Part shown: piece by piece, positions 1-9,960 of the stretch
Numbering within the stretch: position 1 is the stretch's first letter
How the letters are laid out: each line of letters opens with the position of its first letter
Sequence record: DRR723986_3483
Reading direction: 5' to 3' (one strand)
Length of the DNA stretch: 46,235 nt
Translations under genes and position numbers: made by a program
The notes under the pieces: model-generated
Told to the model about the DNA's origin: nothing
The model's input: only the letters and a program-made list of their open reading frames with translations
Database searches by the model: none

Positions 1-777
1 TTCGAAGGACATCTTGGTGCCATAGACGTCGTATGACTCACGATATTGTCGAACTACATCAAAAAGAGAACGAGTCGCTTCTGCAATTACGTCTGAGTTT
101 TTAAGCGTGAAAGTTGCCGTTTCCATTGCAAATGGAGAGCCATAGCGGCTTGCCAAATCTTCACTTAATCTTCCTGAACCGTGACAAACTACAGTCTCAG
201 CTTTTGTATTGTTGATTCTCAAAAGCGGAGAAATCGCATGCGTTCCGTTCAACATCGGCGGGAAACCTTTCCAATATTCATCCCAGCCAGGCATGCTCAT
301 ATCCTGAATATGCGAACCTCTTACCATTTGTATCTTGCCCAGCTGGCCTGTTTCTGCCAAGTTCAAGCCATATAAAAACTCACGGGTATATAGTGCAGTC
401 TCCATCATCATATAGACTTTGCCAGACTTTTTCTTAGCATCCACGATAGCTGCACAATCTTCCTTAGTCATCGCCATTGGGATGGTACAAGCGGTGTGCT
501 TATTGGCATTCAATGATGCCAAAGTCATTCTTGCATGATCTGGAACTGGTGTCACAATATGAATCGCATCCACATCGTCACGCTTTGGCACATCTTCGAA
601 ATTGGTAAAGCAAAGGTTTCTGTCCAGATTAAACTTGGTGGCCAATTCATCAATTGTTTTTGGATTTCTAGTACAGATACCCACCGCCTTGATGTTTGGA
701 TGTGCTTGATAGATTGGAATAAACTCCTTGCCGAAACCCAGTCCGACTATAACTACAGTGATTTGTTTTTGACTCAT
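1..777 (-). CDS. Gfo/Idh/MocA-family NAD(P)-dependent oxidoreductase, 3' end runs off the window (absent from the ORF track)
   Basis: Manual translation from ATG at 777: MSQKQITVVIVGLGFGKEFIPIYQAHP...DAIHIVTPVPDHARMTLASLNANKHTACTIPMA...MMMETALY...PPMLNGTHA. Rossmann GxGxG and TP..H motifs present; 259 codons to position 1. Confidence 0.88.
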   Translation of the reverse strand, partial: MSQKQITVVIVGLGFGKEFIPIYQAHPNIKAVGICTRNPKTIDELATKFNLDRNLCFTNFEDVPKRDDVDAIHIVTPVPDHARMTLASLNANKHTACTIPMAMTKEDCAAIVDAKKKSGKVYMMMETALYTREFLYGLNLAETGQLGKIQMVRGSHIQDMSMPGWDEYWKGFPPMLNGTHAISPLLRINNTKAETVVCHGSGRLSEDLASRYGSPFAMETATFTLKNSDVIAEATRSLFDVVRQYRESYDVYGTKMSFE

Positions 778-907
778 TAGTGTATGCTTTAGGTTTTTGA
801 TTAACTGTTGAAAAAGACAGGTTTAATAGATTCAGAGTAATTACGCTACTCGTTTAAGATAATTCCGGTATGTGCAGACACAGACCGGGGGAAAATAGGT
901 TTATAAC

Positions 908-1633
908 TTATTTCGCAGCCCATTTTACTGCGTTTCGAATTAGTGTTTGGTAAGCTTCCAGTTCATGCGAAGCTGCATCATGGCCTAGGGCGATGCCGAC
1001 GATTTTCGCCTTTGGATTTTTTACAATGAAAATAGAAGGAAATGGATCTGTATCAGCATTGCTTGCATTTGCCAGGATTTCGATTCCAGGACCTGCTGCA
1101 TCTACTTTGAAATAGTATAGCTCGTCATCCAGAGAGAAATGCGCTGGAAGGCCTTTGGTAACAGGATGCTTTTCAGTCAAATCCACATTGAAATTCCCAT
1201 AGGCATTATGGCCTCTTGAGCCGCCACTAACCATGGTTTTGTTGTATTCCGGCCAATCATTCCAATTGTACCAAAGCGCAGGATGGGCTAGAACTAAGCC
1301 TTTCCCAGCATCTGCAAAAGCAAAAATTGCCTTGCGGGTAGCCTCGTCTGCTATAGGTTGATTATTTGCCAAAAAGAGCACATCTGTCTCACCTAAGTAT
1401 TGCAAAATGGAAGTCGGATCATCAGTATAAGTTACCTCTGCCAAGCCATCTCTTTCCAAAGTGGCGATGTCGGCACCTTTGTACCATTTGTCAAAATCGT
1501 GGGAAGATCCGCCACCTACCATCAATACTTTGATTGGCTTTTTAGCAGGGTTTTCCTTTGCCAGCAGGCTTGTTCCAATTCCGAAAACCAATAGTAGGCT
1601 TAGAAAAGGAATGATTATTTTTTTAAGGTTCAT
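908..1633 (-). CDS. Secreted ThuA-like (trehalose utilisation, class I GATase-like fold) protein
   Basis: Signal peptide, then KVLMVGGGSSHDF, GKGLVLAH, HPVTKGLP..F...DELY and ALGHD, all typical ThuA motifs. Confidence 0.82.
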   Translation of the reverse strand: MNLKKIIIPFLSLLLVFGIGTSLLAKENPAKKPIKVLMVGGGSSHDFDKWYKGADIATLERDGLAEVTYTDDPTSILQYLGETDVLFLANNQPIADEATRKAIFAFADAGKGLVLAHPALWYNWNDWPEYNKTMVSGGSRGHNAYGNFNVDLTEKHPVTKGLPAHFSLDDELYYFKVDAAGPGIEILANASNADTDPFPSIFIVKNPKAKIVGIALGHDAASHELEAYQTLIRNAVKWAAK

Positions 1634-1734
1634 ATTTTTGGGTTGTGTTTAGAATTTTTATTAAGTGACTTATAATTATCCACATTGTTGACAGTAGCAC
1701 GACCGAAGCACCTTCTTCCGACATCAAACATTTA

Positions 1735-2286
1735 TCATCCCTCCACGACCATGATACCATTCATCATTCTCCAATGCCCAGGAAATGTGCAGGCAAAGGG
1801 ATAATTACCAGGCTTAGTTGGAGCAGTGAACGTCAAGGTGTACAATTCCTGTGGGCCGATCATTTTTGTGGCAAAAAGCACTTCCGGAACTTCAGGTATA
1901 TAGAATTTCTCTGATGCTTTTGGGTCACGAAGCATAGCATCTGCCGCTGCACCTACCTTATCCAAGGTTCCAGGTTTAGCGATAAGTAAATTATGCTGCA
2001 TACCGTCCAGATTGTCAATCTCCAGGATGATTTTATCTCCGGCTTTTACCTTGAAAGTATCCTGATCGAACTTCATCATCTCCGGTACTATTTCCAGTAA
2101 AATAGTCGTCTCACGCAATTCTTCATTTCGCGCGATTCGAACATTACTCTTTGGTTGGTCTGTGTTTTCTGTTGTTGGTTTTGCTTCGCAAAGAGCAATC
2201 GCTTCAGAAGATTTTACCTCTTTAGGAGAAAACCAATTCCCCAGTAGCAGCATGGCTGCAACTGGAAACAAGGTCACTTTAATCAT
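1735..2286 (-). CDS. Azurin/auracyanin-like type-1 blue copper protein
   Basis: MKFD...VKAG, MQHNLLI and YPFACTFPGHWRMMNG supply the His/Cys/His/Met ligand set; hydrophobic N-terminus. Confidence 0.9.
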   Translation of the reverse strand: MIKVTLFPVAAMLLLGNWFSPKEVKSSEAIALCEAKPTTENTDQPKSNVRIARNEELRETTILLEIVPEMMKFDQDTFKVKAGDKIILEIDNLDGMQHNLLIAKPGTLDKVGAAADAMLRDPKASEKFYIPEVPEVLFATKMIGPQELYTLTFTAPTKPGNYPFACTFPGHWRMMNGIMVVEG

Positions 2287-2293
2287 GGTATGC

Positions 2294-5200
2294 TTATTTT
2301 AACTCTAATACTACGTTTCTAAGGTTGCCTTCAAAACTGAATTCGTCTTTATAGGAACCTACATTTCTATCTCCTCCGAAATCACGGCCTGATCTTACAC
2401 TTGGCGCAAGTTTGCCAGTAAAAGCACCATTTGCCTTGGCAGTGGCGACAGACTTGCCATCAACCAGAATTTCCATTTTTCCATCTTTAGAAATAGTTGC
2501 TACAGTTTCATAGCTTTCTGGCAAAGCAGCATTCGTTACAGCTTCGAAAGATTTCCCGTTTTGCTTCACTACCCAGTGTAATTTACCTTCTTCCAGATAG
2601 AAAGAATAGCCATTCTGCGCATCGCCGTGCGCTGTGATCACACCGAAAGGCTCATCATCTCTTCTTTTGGAAATCTGTGTGGAAATAGAAATCGCTTTGC
2701 CTTTTACATCCGGAGAATATTGAAGCGTGCTTCTTCTTCCCAAATCGTATTTCTCGTTTGACACGGAAGTCATCAATCTATTGGTAAGATCTGTTTTGTC
2801 AGAACCAACAGCATCTGTAAAGGATTTACCCTGCTCAGCTGCTGCCGCGAAAATCGCCTTTTGCAACCAATCGTCTTTGGCATTTGCCTCATCCAAACTC
2901 GCCTGATAAAGCATTGTGCCAGCTTCTGCACTTCCTGGAACTTCTGCCAGCTTCAAGATTGCATGCATCCTTACATTTAGATCTTTGTCCTGAGTTAGTC
3001 CTGCGGATTTGATTGCCTGAGTAGTCGCCTGGGTATTGGGCAAAACAGCGATTGCAGCTTTTCTCACTCCAGCAGCAGGATGTGATAATGCAGTAGTGGC
3101 TACTTTGATTGCCTCAGCATTAGTTGATTCAAAAGCACCTAGGCCATGAAGTGCCCATAGCGCATGAACAGCCGGGCTATTCAGTCCAATCTCATCCACA
3201 GATTTATCATTGACGATCTTGTACAAATCACCGAGTACTTTTTGGTTTCCAGACTCCACAAGCAGTCGCTGAGCAGTCATTCTCCAGAACATGTTATCAT
3301 TTTTCAATGCTGAAATCAGACCTTTTGAATCTTCCTTAGAAAGTTTCATTGGCTTGTCACTGCTGCCATCTTTATAAACTACACGGTAAATTCTGCCATG
3401 GTTGGTATCGCGAAGCTTACTCTGGAAGGCATTTCCCTGCCCATGTGGCTGATCTTCGAAAGGCAACACCATTCTAGAAGGAGCCTGACGCTCCACAAAT
3501 ACGTTGTGCTGAATGATGAAATTATACCAATCAGCTATCCAAACAGCTCCATCAGGGCCAACTTCAGCCTGCACGGGGCCGAACCATTCGTCGGAGCTCG
3601 CTAGGAAATTCCATCCATCTTTTTCGCTAAAACCTGCTCCATTTGGCTCTATGATCGCATTATGGGTCAATCTGATCGTTGGCTCATTTACAAAAGCGAT
3701 TCTGTTCCAATATTCCTTAGGGAAATCCCGAGCAGTATATAGTCTAAATCCAGCAGCAGAAGTGAATCCGCCTACTACGTCCACTTGCCGTAAATTAGGT
3801 GTCATCGCGTGGGCATCGTAGTGTCCATCGATTTTCTGGATCGGTTGGATTTCAAACTCTGGAGCTGCTTCTCCTTCGTCAGCTTTAGTAAATACGCGTT
3901 GTAGATATTTGGCAGGAATGGAATAGTATCCAGCGTGGGTATTGTTTGCAGTGGACATGAAGACGTTGTTATCTTCAGAAAAGCCTAGTCCCCAAGTATT
4001 ATTGCTGGATCCAGCTAGGTATTCAAAATCTTTTCCGTCAGGATCAAATCGGTAGATCCCCTGAGGAAAACTCATCTGCTCGCCATTGATAGTACCATTG
4101 AAACCTGAGTAGCCTGTCACTCCCCAGATTTTATTATCAAATCCATACTGCAGATTGGAAGGCCCAGCATGCGTATCGTTTTTGCCCCAGCCAGTCATGA
4201 TGACTTCTTTCACATCGGCCACATCATCACCGTCAGTATCTTTCATAAAAACAAAGTCAGGCGCCATGGACACTACAATTCCGCCATTGGCGAAGACCAT
4301 ACTTGTAGGAATATTCAACCCGTCAGCGAAGACGGTGAATTTATCAGCTTTGCCGTCACCGTCTGTATCTTCACAGATCTTGATCCGGTCATTCGCCAAT
4401 CCATCAGTTTCTTTAAAAGTATTTGGATAATCCACAGACTCTACGATCCATAACCTTCCTCTTTCGTCCCATGCCATAGCAATTGGGTTTTGGATATCTG
4501 GCTCAGAAGCAAAAAGCTCAATCGAAAAGTCAACAGGCTTTTGAATCAGTTTTTTGGATTCTTCAGGTGCCAAGGCATCCTGCATTTTCGGTACTTCATA
4601 TCTGGCTGTAAAATCCGAAATGGTTTCATCGTAAATAGACACATCAGGAATATTCAAAGCAGCGACACTTGCTTTTACATCTTCTCCCATTGCCCAGAAA
4701 ATGCCGTTTTTCACCAAAGCTAAAAAGCCTGCATTCTTCCAAGTCTTTTCGTCATGACCATAAGCGGTATAGAAAACACGCCCTTTACCAACATTTCTAA
4801 CCCAGGTGTAAGGCTCATGATGATCTCCATCAACCCGCTCTATAAGCACGGTCATGTCTGGATTGATATTCTGATGCACGTAAGTTTCGTCCCAGGTTTC
4901 GAATGGCTTCAATCCTTTCATTACCTCATTATTTGGCGCTACAATAGTTCCTGTAAAATCACCTTCACCATGAGAGGCAAACTGACCGCCAATAGTTTCT
5001 ATATACCAATCTGAGTTTTTGAAACAGCCCGTAGCTGAATGAAGCGGAATCAATCCTTTTCCCCCCTCCACAAAACTTTTCATCGCTGCTTCCTGCTCTT
5101 TTGAGAGCACATCATGGTTGGCATAAATGACCAAACCGTCGTACTTGGAGAGATTCTCTTTAGTTAGGTCTTCTAGTTTTTCAGTGTAAGTAATATTAAT

Positions 5201-5404
5201 CCCACTTTCAAAAAGTGCTGTAGCCAACCAAGGCGCATACAATCTAGAATTGTGATGCTCGCTGGCATGTCCAAGAAAAAGTACTTCGGCACGTCGTGGT
5301 TCGGGCTTGCCTGCGGTTTCGGAAGCTAAAGAGACTGAACTGTGACTAAGAAAAATAGTCACAATCAGCAGGAAGAGAACATTGATGTTTCTACTTAATC
5401 GCAT
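2294..5404 (-). CDS. ThuA domain + PVC-type membrane-bound dehydrogenase beta-propeller + HEAT repeats + C-terminal LamG-like domain; no CxxCH
   Basis: N-terminal ThuA (WDETY, GKGRVFYTAYGHD); FASEPDIQNPIAMAWDERGRLW, DTDGDGKADKFTVFADGL, DTHAGPSNL, NNTWGLGF, VGPDGAVWIADWYN, GRIYRV; HEAT-like HALWALHGL. Confidence 0.85.
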   Translation of the reverse strand: MRLSRNINVLFLLIVTIFLSHSSVSLASETAGKPEPRRAEVLFLGHASEHHNSRLYAPWLATALFESGINITYTEKLEDLTKENLSKYDGLVIYANHDVLSKEQEAAMKSFVEGGKGLIPLHSATGCFKNSDWYIETIGGQFASHGEGDFTGTIVAPNNEVMKGLKPFETWDETYVHQNINPDMTVLIERVDGDHHEPYTWVRNVGKGRVFYTAYGHDEKTWKNAGFLALVKNGIFWAMGEDVKASVAALNIPDVSIYDETISDFTARYEVPKMQDALAPEESKKLIQKPVDFSIELFASEPDIQNPIAMAWDERGRLWIVESVDYPNTFKETDGLANDRIKICEDTDGDGKADKFTVFADGLNIPTSMVFANGGIVVSMAPDFVFMKDTDGDDVADVKEVIMTGWGKNDTHAGPSNLQYGFDNKIWGVTGYSGFNGTINGEQMSFPQGIYRFDPDGKDFEYLAGSSNNTWGLGFSEDNNVFMSTANNTHAGYYSIPAKYLQRVFTKADEGEAAPEFEIQPIQKIDGHYDAHAMTPNLRQVDVVGGFTSAAGFRLYTARDFPKEYWNRIAFVNEPTIRLTHNAIIEPNGAGFSEKDGWNFLASSDEWFGPVQAEVGPDGAVWIADWYNFIIQHNVFVERQAPSRMVLPFEDQPHGQGNAFQSKLRDTNHGRIYRVVYKDGSSDKPMKLSKEDSKGLISALKNDNMFWRMTAQRLLVESGNQKVLGDLYKIVNDKSVDEIGLNSPAVHALWALHGLGAFESTNAEAIKVATTALSHPAAGVRKAAIAVLPNTQATTQAIKSAGLTQDKDLNVRMHAILKLAEVPGSAEAGTMLYQASLDEANAKDDWLQKAIFAAAAEQGKSFTDAVGSDKTDLTNRLMTSVSNEKYDLGRRSTLQYSPDVKGKAISISTQISKRRDDEPFGVITAHGDAQNGYSFYLEEGKLHWVVKQNGKSFEAVTNAALPESYETVATISKDGKMEILVDGKSVATAKANGAFTGKLAPSVRSGRDFGGDRNVGSYKDEFSFEGNLRNVVLELK

Positions 5405-5717
5405 GATTAATTCGGTTTATCAGGGTTTATCAAAAGGATGATGAATAAAAGGAAAAACTTTAATTCACTTTAGGCTGTAAAATTATCCATTCACCCTCTT
5501 TTCGATTAGTCCCAAAACTTCAAAAAATAGCAAATTCCCTTCTTTTTGGGATTTAGGCGAATTTGTAATAGACTGATTTACAAGTAACCTGAATTTTAGG
5601 AGTGATTTACCCAAAAAACCTAGGGTAAACTTTCAAATCCAATGGTCGCTTCACATTCTCTCCTAAAACCGGAAAAAAATTCCTGAGAAAAATAAAGTTC
5701 ATCAGCATCGTTTTCTG

Positions 5718-8700
5718 TTAAATTACATCAGGCTTTTTCACAAAATCCTTTGGAAGCTCCCCGAAATGTTTTTGGAAACATTTCGTAAAGTATGAAGGAC
5801 TGTTAAAGCCCACCATCTCGCTTATTTCTGCAATACTGTGCAGTCCATCACCCAGCAATTCTGCAGATTTTTTAAGTCTTACTAGGCGGATGTAACCATT
5901 CGGAGTCAATTCTGAGATTCCTTTGATTTTGCGCAGCAAACTCGACTGACTCATATGAAGCTGATCTGCCAGTTCGGATACCCCAAAAAGCTCATTCTCA
6001 ATATTGGCCAAAATGGCCTCATTGATCTTCTTCAAAAACTCCTCATCTGCTTTGGAATGGGCGATGGTATCCGAATTCACCAAAGGAAGGCTGGCAAAAG
6101 CTTTCTTAATCTCATCCCTATGCTTCAGGAGGTTTTTGATCTGTAGGTAAAGAAACTCCAGGGAAAATGGCTTCTCCAGATACACGTCAGCGCCCATTTC
6201 CAACCCAGTGATTTTTGCATTAATGTTGTTTTTTGCAGTGAGAAGCACGACAGGAATATGGCTGGTGGCCAAATCTGACTTGATATGTTCACAGAGTTTG
6301 TAACCGTCCATTTCCGGCATCATTACGTCGGAAATAACCAAATCAATAGGCTCTTTTTTCAGCACTTCCAGCGCCAAAAGTCCATTTGCCGCTTTATGGA
6401 TTACATATTTTCCTTTGAGCTTTTCTCCCAAAAACTGAAGCAATTCCTTATTATCCTCTACCAATAGTATGGCTGGAAGACTACCTTTTTTCTTGGTTTT
6501 AACCGGCTTAACTTCAGGCTCAGCTTCCTCCTGGCTGATTTTGACTTCGGTACTCAAGTCATTCTCTTCATCCAAATGTATTGCTTCCTTTTGTTTGATT
6601 GGAAGCTGAAGAACAAACCTGTTCAATACCTTATCATCGTCCATGGAAAGAATTCCATGGTGCATTTCTGCTAGGGATTTTGCCAGCGGCAATCCCAAAC
6701 CAGTACCTTGCTTAGCTTTTGAGGCATTCGTATCTCCGATTTGGAAAAAGGGCTCAAAGATTTTCCCTGCCATTTCCTTGGGGATAAGATCACCGTCATT
6801 CGATATTTCTATATGGAAAACAGAAGGATGGGCAGGATCATAGTCCATACGAATATGAATCATGCTCTCTGCATTTTTAAGGGCATTGATCAGCAAGTTG
6901 CTGAGGATCTTAATGACGGCCTCCTTGTCCACATCTGCGAAAAGTGTTGGGGTGGACTTTTCGAGTGTAAAATTCAAGCCGGACTGCGAAGCGGTAACTT
7001 TGAACCGGACATAGAGTTCATCCAGGATTCCGCAAATCTCAGTTTTGAGGAAACTTAACTTAAATCCACGCTGCTCGGTTTTGCGGAAATCAAGCAGTTG
7101 GTTGCTGAGATCAATTAGTCGATTGGTGTTTTTCTCTATGATCAGCAAATCATTTTTCACCTCTGCGTCACAATTGCGGTCCTTGCTCAGAATATCCTCC
7201 AAAGGGCCTTTTATAAGCGTCAGTGGAGTTCTAATCTCATGGGTAATATTGGTAAAAAACTCAATTTTAGCCTCGTAGATCTCTCTCTCTTTTTCGGCTT
7301 CAAGCAGGTTAATCTGCACCTGATGCCTATTGTTTACCCGGTTTTTATAAATGGTAATAAGCCAATAAGCGATTAGAACGATAAGTATCAGATAAAATGC
7401 ATAGGCAAGAGAAGTCTTATAAAAAGGAGGAAGAATTTCGATCTTTAACCTTGCTTCTTGATTCTTTGCACCTTCTGTCTCAATGTTGGATTGTACTATC
7501 AACTCGTATTCTCCTGGAGGCAAATAGGAATAAAAGATCTTGTTGGCATCATTGAGGTTCTGCCATTCTTTTTCGAAACCGGCCATTCTATAACGAATAT
7601 TCTGATTCACGGCTTTGGTATAGCCCAAAGAAGCAATGTCAAAACTCAGTGAATTCTGATCAGCTTCGAGCGTAATCTTGTCTGTGTAAGTAATAGCATT
7701 CTGCAAAATCCCATCCTGATCAGTGATTGGTATTTCCTGATTAAAAAGCTCAATACCGGTGAAAACTAAGGGAGGCTGGTAATTGTAGTTCTCAAACTGA
7801 CTGGGATTAAAAGCTATGAAACCGTCCAGGCTTCCAAAATAAAGGGTCCCATCGCTGGATTTATACCCGGACTGATAGTTGAATCCACTAACCATCAAGC
7901 CGTTTCCCCTATTAAACAGCTGATATGTTTCATTTTCAGGATCAAATCGGAGCAGTCCTTTATTGGAAGTAATCCAGAGCAAACCCTGGTCATCCTCCAC
8001 AATATCATAGTAATTATTTGTAGGAAAGCCTTTAGCAAGAGTATAGGAGATAAAGGAATCTTTTTCACTGTCATATCTAGCAAAACCTCCTCCTGAAGTA
8101 GCTACCCAAAGTTGTTGTTTATCATCCAAAAAAACATCGACAACAGAATGGTGAAGAAGACTGTTTGGGTTGTCTGATTCAGGAAGAAAAGACCTTTTTT
8201 CTCTGGAGACAGGGTCAAAACTAATCAGTCCATTATTATAGGTAGCTAACCAGATAATTCCATTTTGATCTTCAAGCATATCATAAATGAAGATATATTC
8301 CATTTCAGGAATGTGCTGAAAATGATCTTTTTCATCCTCATACAGGAACAGCCCCGCAGTACTTCCTATCCAAATTTTATCATTACGGTCAATCAGGATT
8401 GCAAAGAAATCATCGGAGTGGAGTCCTGCATTTGGCGTTTTTGAGGAATATTTCCTAATCACCCCTGTTTTGGTGTTTAATACATTCAACCCTTGACTAA
8501 AGGTACCAGCCCATAGCTCATTTCCCCGCTGTGCGAGTCCGTGAATATTGTGATAGGAAAACTCCCTAGAAGACTTTCCAACCGGGAAGTGCTGAAAGTG
8601 ATCTGTTTTTGGATCGAATAAATTAAGTCCGGCATCTTCCGTTCCTATCCATAGTTTACCGTCCGGTGCACCTATGATCTCGCGTACCCGCTTCCCTGTT

Positions 8701-9794
8701 ATTGTGTTTTTGTCGGCAATCGGGTAGTACACATCAAACTTTGTAGGCTGATTTGGCAGGTAATTCACTCCTCCAAAATAGGTTCCTACCCACAATCCCC
8801 CCTCCATATCCTTCCAAATAGAATAGATAGCATTATTTGAAAGTGCATTGGGATCGTTGTGGTTTTCCTGGATGTGCTGATAGCTTTTCTTGACAAAATC
8901 ATAAATAAAAAGTCCCGATTCTGTTCCTATTGCCAGCTCATTTTTGCTAATCGGGAACAATTCCCTTACGAAAAGTGGATTCCCATTTTCATCCTTTGAA
9001 AGTAAGTCAGTGATGATCCCCGTGCTTTTTTCAAGCTTTTTGATTCCGGCATTTTTTGTGGCTATAATCATAAATTCCCCCCAATCCTGCAGTCCCTGCA
9101 CGATTTCTTGTGCCAACTTATTTTCTTCATCAATAAAATGGACAAAGGAGGATGATGAGGGTACATACCTGACCACACCTCTTCCTGTAATGGCAGCCCA
9201 AATTTCATTGCGCTCATCAATTTTCACGGTATTGACATTTCCCTGGGGAATGCTACCTGATACTTCAGGATCGTGTGCAAAAAGTTCCAGCTTTCCCTGC
9301 TCAGTGTCATAGCGAAACAAGCCAATGTAACTTGCTATCCACATATTTCCTGCTTGATCCTTTGCTATGGAAGAAATGGTTCCTCCTATGGAATGACCAT
9401 CCACCGTAGTCTCGGTGAAATGCCTGAATGTTTCCTTTTTCCTATCAAATAAATAAAGTCCCTCTGCTGTACCTACCCAGAGTGTACTATCCTGACTTTC
9501 TGTAATGAAATAAACAAAGTTGTTCCCGAGCCTATTTTCGACTGGACCTTTGCTGTCTGAATTGTAATTTTTCCAGCTATTTCCATCGAAGCGTGTGAGT
9601 CCATCTTTGGTACCAAACCACATAAATCCCTGACTGTCCTGAAAAATTGAAAAGACAGAATTATCCGTGAGACCTGATGTCACGTCATAATGCCTAAAGT
9701 AGTAGCGCTTTTCCTGAGCGAAACTTGAATTGGCGAGTGTAAGAATGAAACTAAGGCTTAGCAAACCTGCCAGTAAACTTTTGGTCAAGGTCAT
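5718..9794 (-). CDS. Hybrid two-component system (propeller sensor, Y_Y_Y, TM, His kinase, receiver, AraC)
   Basis: Repeated QDSQGFMWFGT-type blades; FFTNITHEIRTPLTLI; GTGLGL; SDVMMPEMDG; VGFNSPSYFTKCF. ATG at 9794 (MTLTKSLL.. signal peptide) is preferred over GTG at 9833. Confidence 0.95.
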   Translation of the reverse strand: MTLTKSLLAGLLSLSFILTLANSSFAQEKRYYFRHYDVTSGLTDNSVFSIFQDSQGFMWFGTKDGLTRFDGNSWKNYNSDSKGPVENRLGNNFVYFITESQDSTLWVGTAEGLYLFDRKKETFRHFTETTVDGHSIGGTISSIAKDQAGNMWIASYIGLFRYDTEQGKLELFAHDPEVSGSIPQGNVNTVKIDERNEIWAAITGRGVVRYVPSSSSFVHFIDEENKLAQEIVQGLQDWGEFMIIATKNAGIKKLEKSTGIITDLLSKDENGNPLFVRELFPISKNELAIGTESGLFIYDFVKKSYQHIQENHNDPNALSNNAIYSIWKDMEGGLWVGTYFGGVNYLPNQPTKFDVYYPIADKNTITGKRVREIIGAPDGKLWIGTEDAGLNLFDPKTDHFQHFPVGKSSREFSYHNIHGLAQRGNELWAGTFSQGLNVLNTKTGVIRKYSSKTPNAGLHSDDFFAILIDRNDKIWIGSTAGLFLYEDEKDHFQHIPEMEYIFIYDMLEDQNGIIWLATYNNGLISFDPVSREKRSFLPESDNPNSLLHHSVVDVFLDDKQQLWVATSGGGFARYDSEKDSFISYTLAKGFPTNNYYDIVEDDQGLLWITSNKGLLRFDPENETYQLFNRGNGLMVSGFNYQSGYKSSDGTLYFGSLDGFIAFNPSQFENYNYQPPLVFTGIELFNQEIPITDQDGILQNAITYTDKITLEADQNSLSFDIASLGYTKAVNQNIRYRMAGFEKEWQNLNDANKIFYSYLPPGEYELIVQSNIETEGAKNQEARLKIEILPPFYKTSLAYAFYLILIVLIAYWLITIYKNRVNNRHQVQINLLEAEKEREIYEAKIEFFTNITHEIRTPLTLIKGPLEDILSKDRNCDAEVKNDLLIIEKNTNRLIDLSNQLLDFRKTEQRGFKLSFLKTEICGILDELYVRFKVTASQSGLNFTLEKSTPTLFADVDKEAVIKILSNLLINALKNAESMIHIRMDYDPAHPSVFHIEISNDGDLIPKEMAGKIFEPFFQIGDTNASKAKQGTGLGLPLAKSLAEMHHGILSMDDDKVLNRFVLQLPIKQKEAIHLDEENDLSTEVKISQEEAEPEVKPVKTKKKGSLPAILLVEDNKELLQFLGEKLKGKYVIHKAANGLLALEVLKKEPIDLVISDVMMPEMDGYKLCEHIKSDLATSHIPVVLLTAKNNINAKITGLEMGADVYLEKPFSLEFLYLQIKNLLKHRDEIKKAFASLPLVNSDTIAHSKADEEFLKKINEAILANIENELFGVSELADQLHMSQSSLLRKIKGISELTPNGYIRLVRLKKSAELLGDGLHSIAEISEMVGFNSPSYFTKCFQKHFGELPKDFVKKPDVI

Positions 9795-9926
9795 AGGATT
9801 TTGGGTTGTAGGTCTGAAATTATCAAAATCCACTTAGCTAACTCCTCTAGAATTCAAAATTTACACTCTCAGAACTAGAATTGGAGAATATTTATCATTT
9901 GCTGACTGAAAAGTTACAAATCAACC

Positions 9927-9960
9927 GGAATCGATTTCTCCTTTCGCAATCGATTGAGAA
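9927..9960. promoter_or_regulatory. Tandem LacI-type operator-like palindromes
   Basis: GGAATCGATTTC (9927-9938) and TTCGCAATCGATTGAGAA (9943-9960, perfect core CAATCGATTG) in the HTCS/susC divergent region; the CG-centred AAnCGnTT pattern is typical of LacI operators. Confidence 0.5.

Noticed and set aside
181-780. Plus-strand ORFs 181-375 and 535-780
   Set aside because: Shadows of the minus-strand Gfo/Idh/MocA gene; no recognisable motifs
2294-5404. Heme-binding cytochrome c domain expected from the PVC-type family name
   Set aside because: No CxxCH in the translation; only isolated Cys residues
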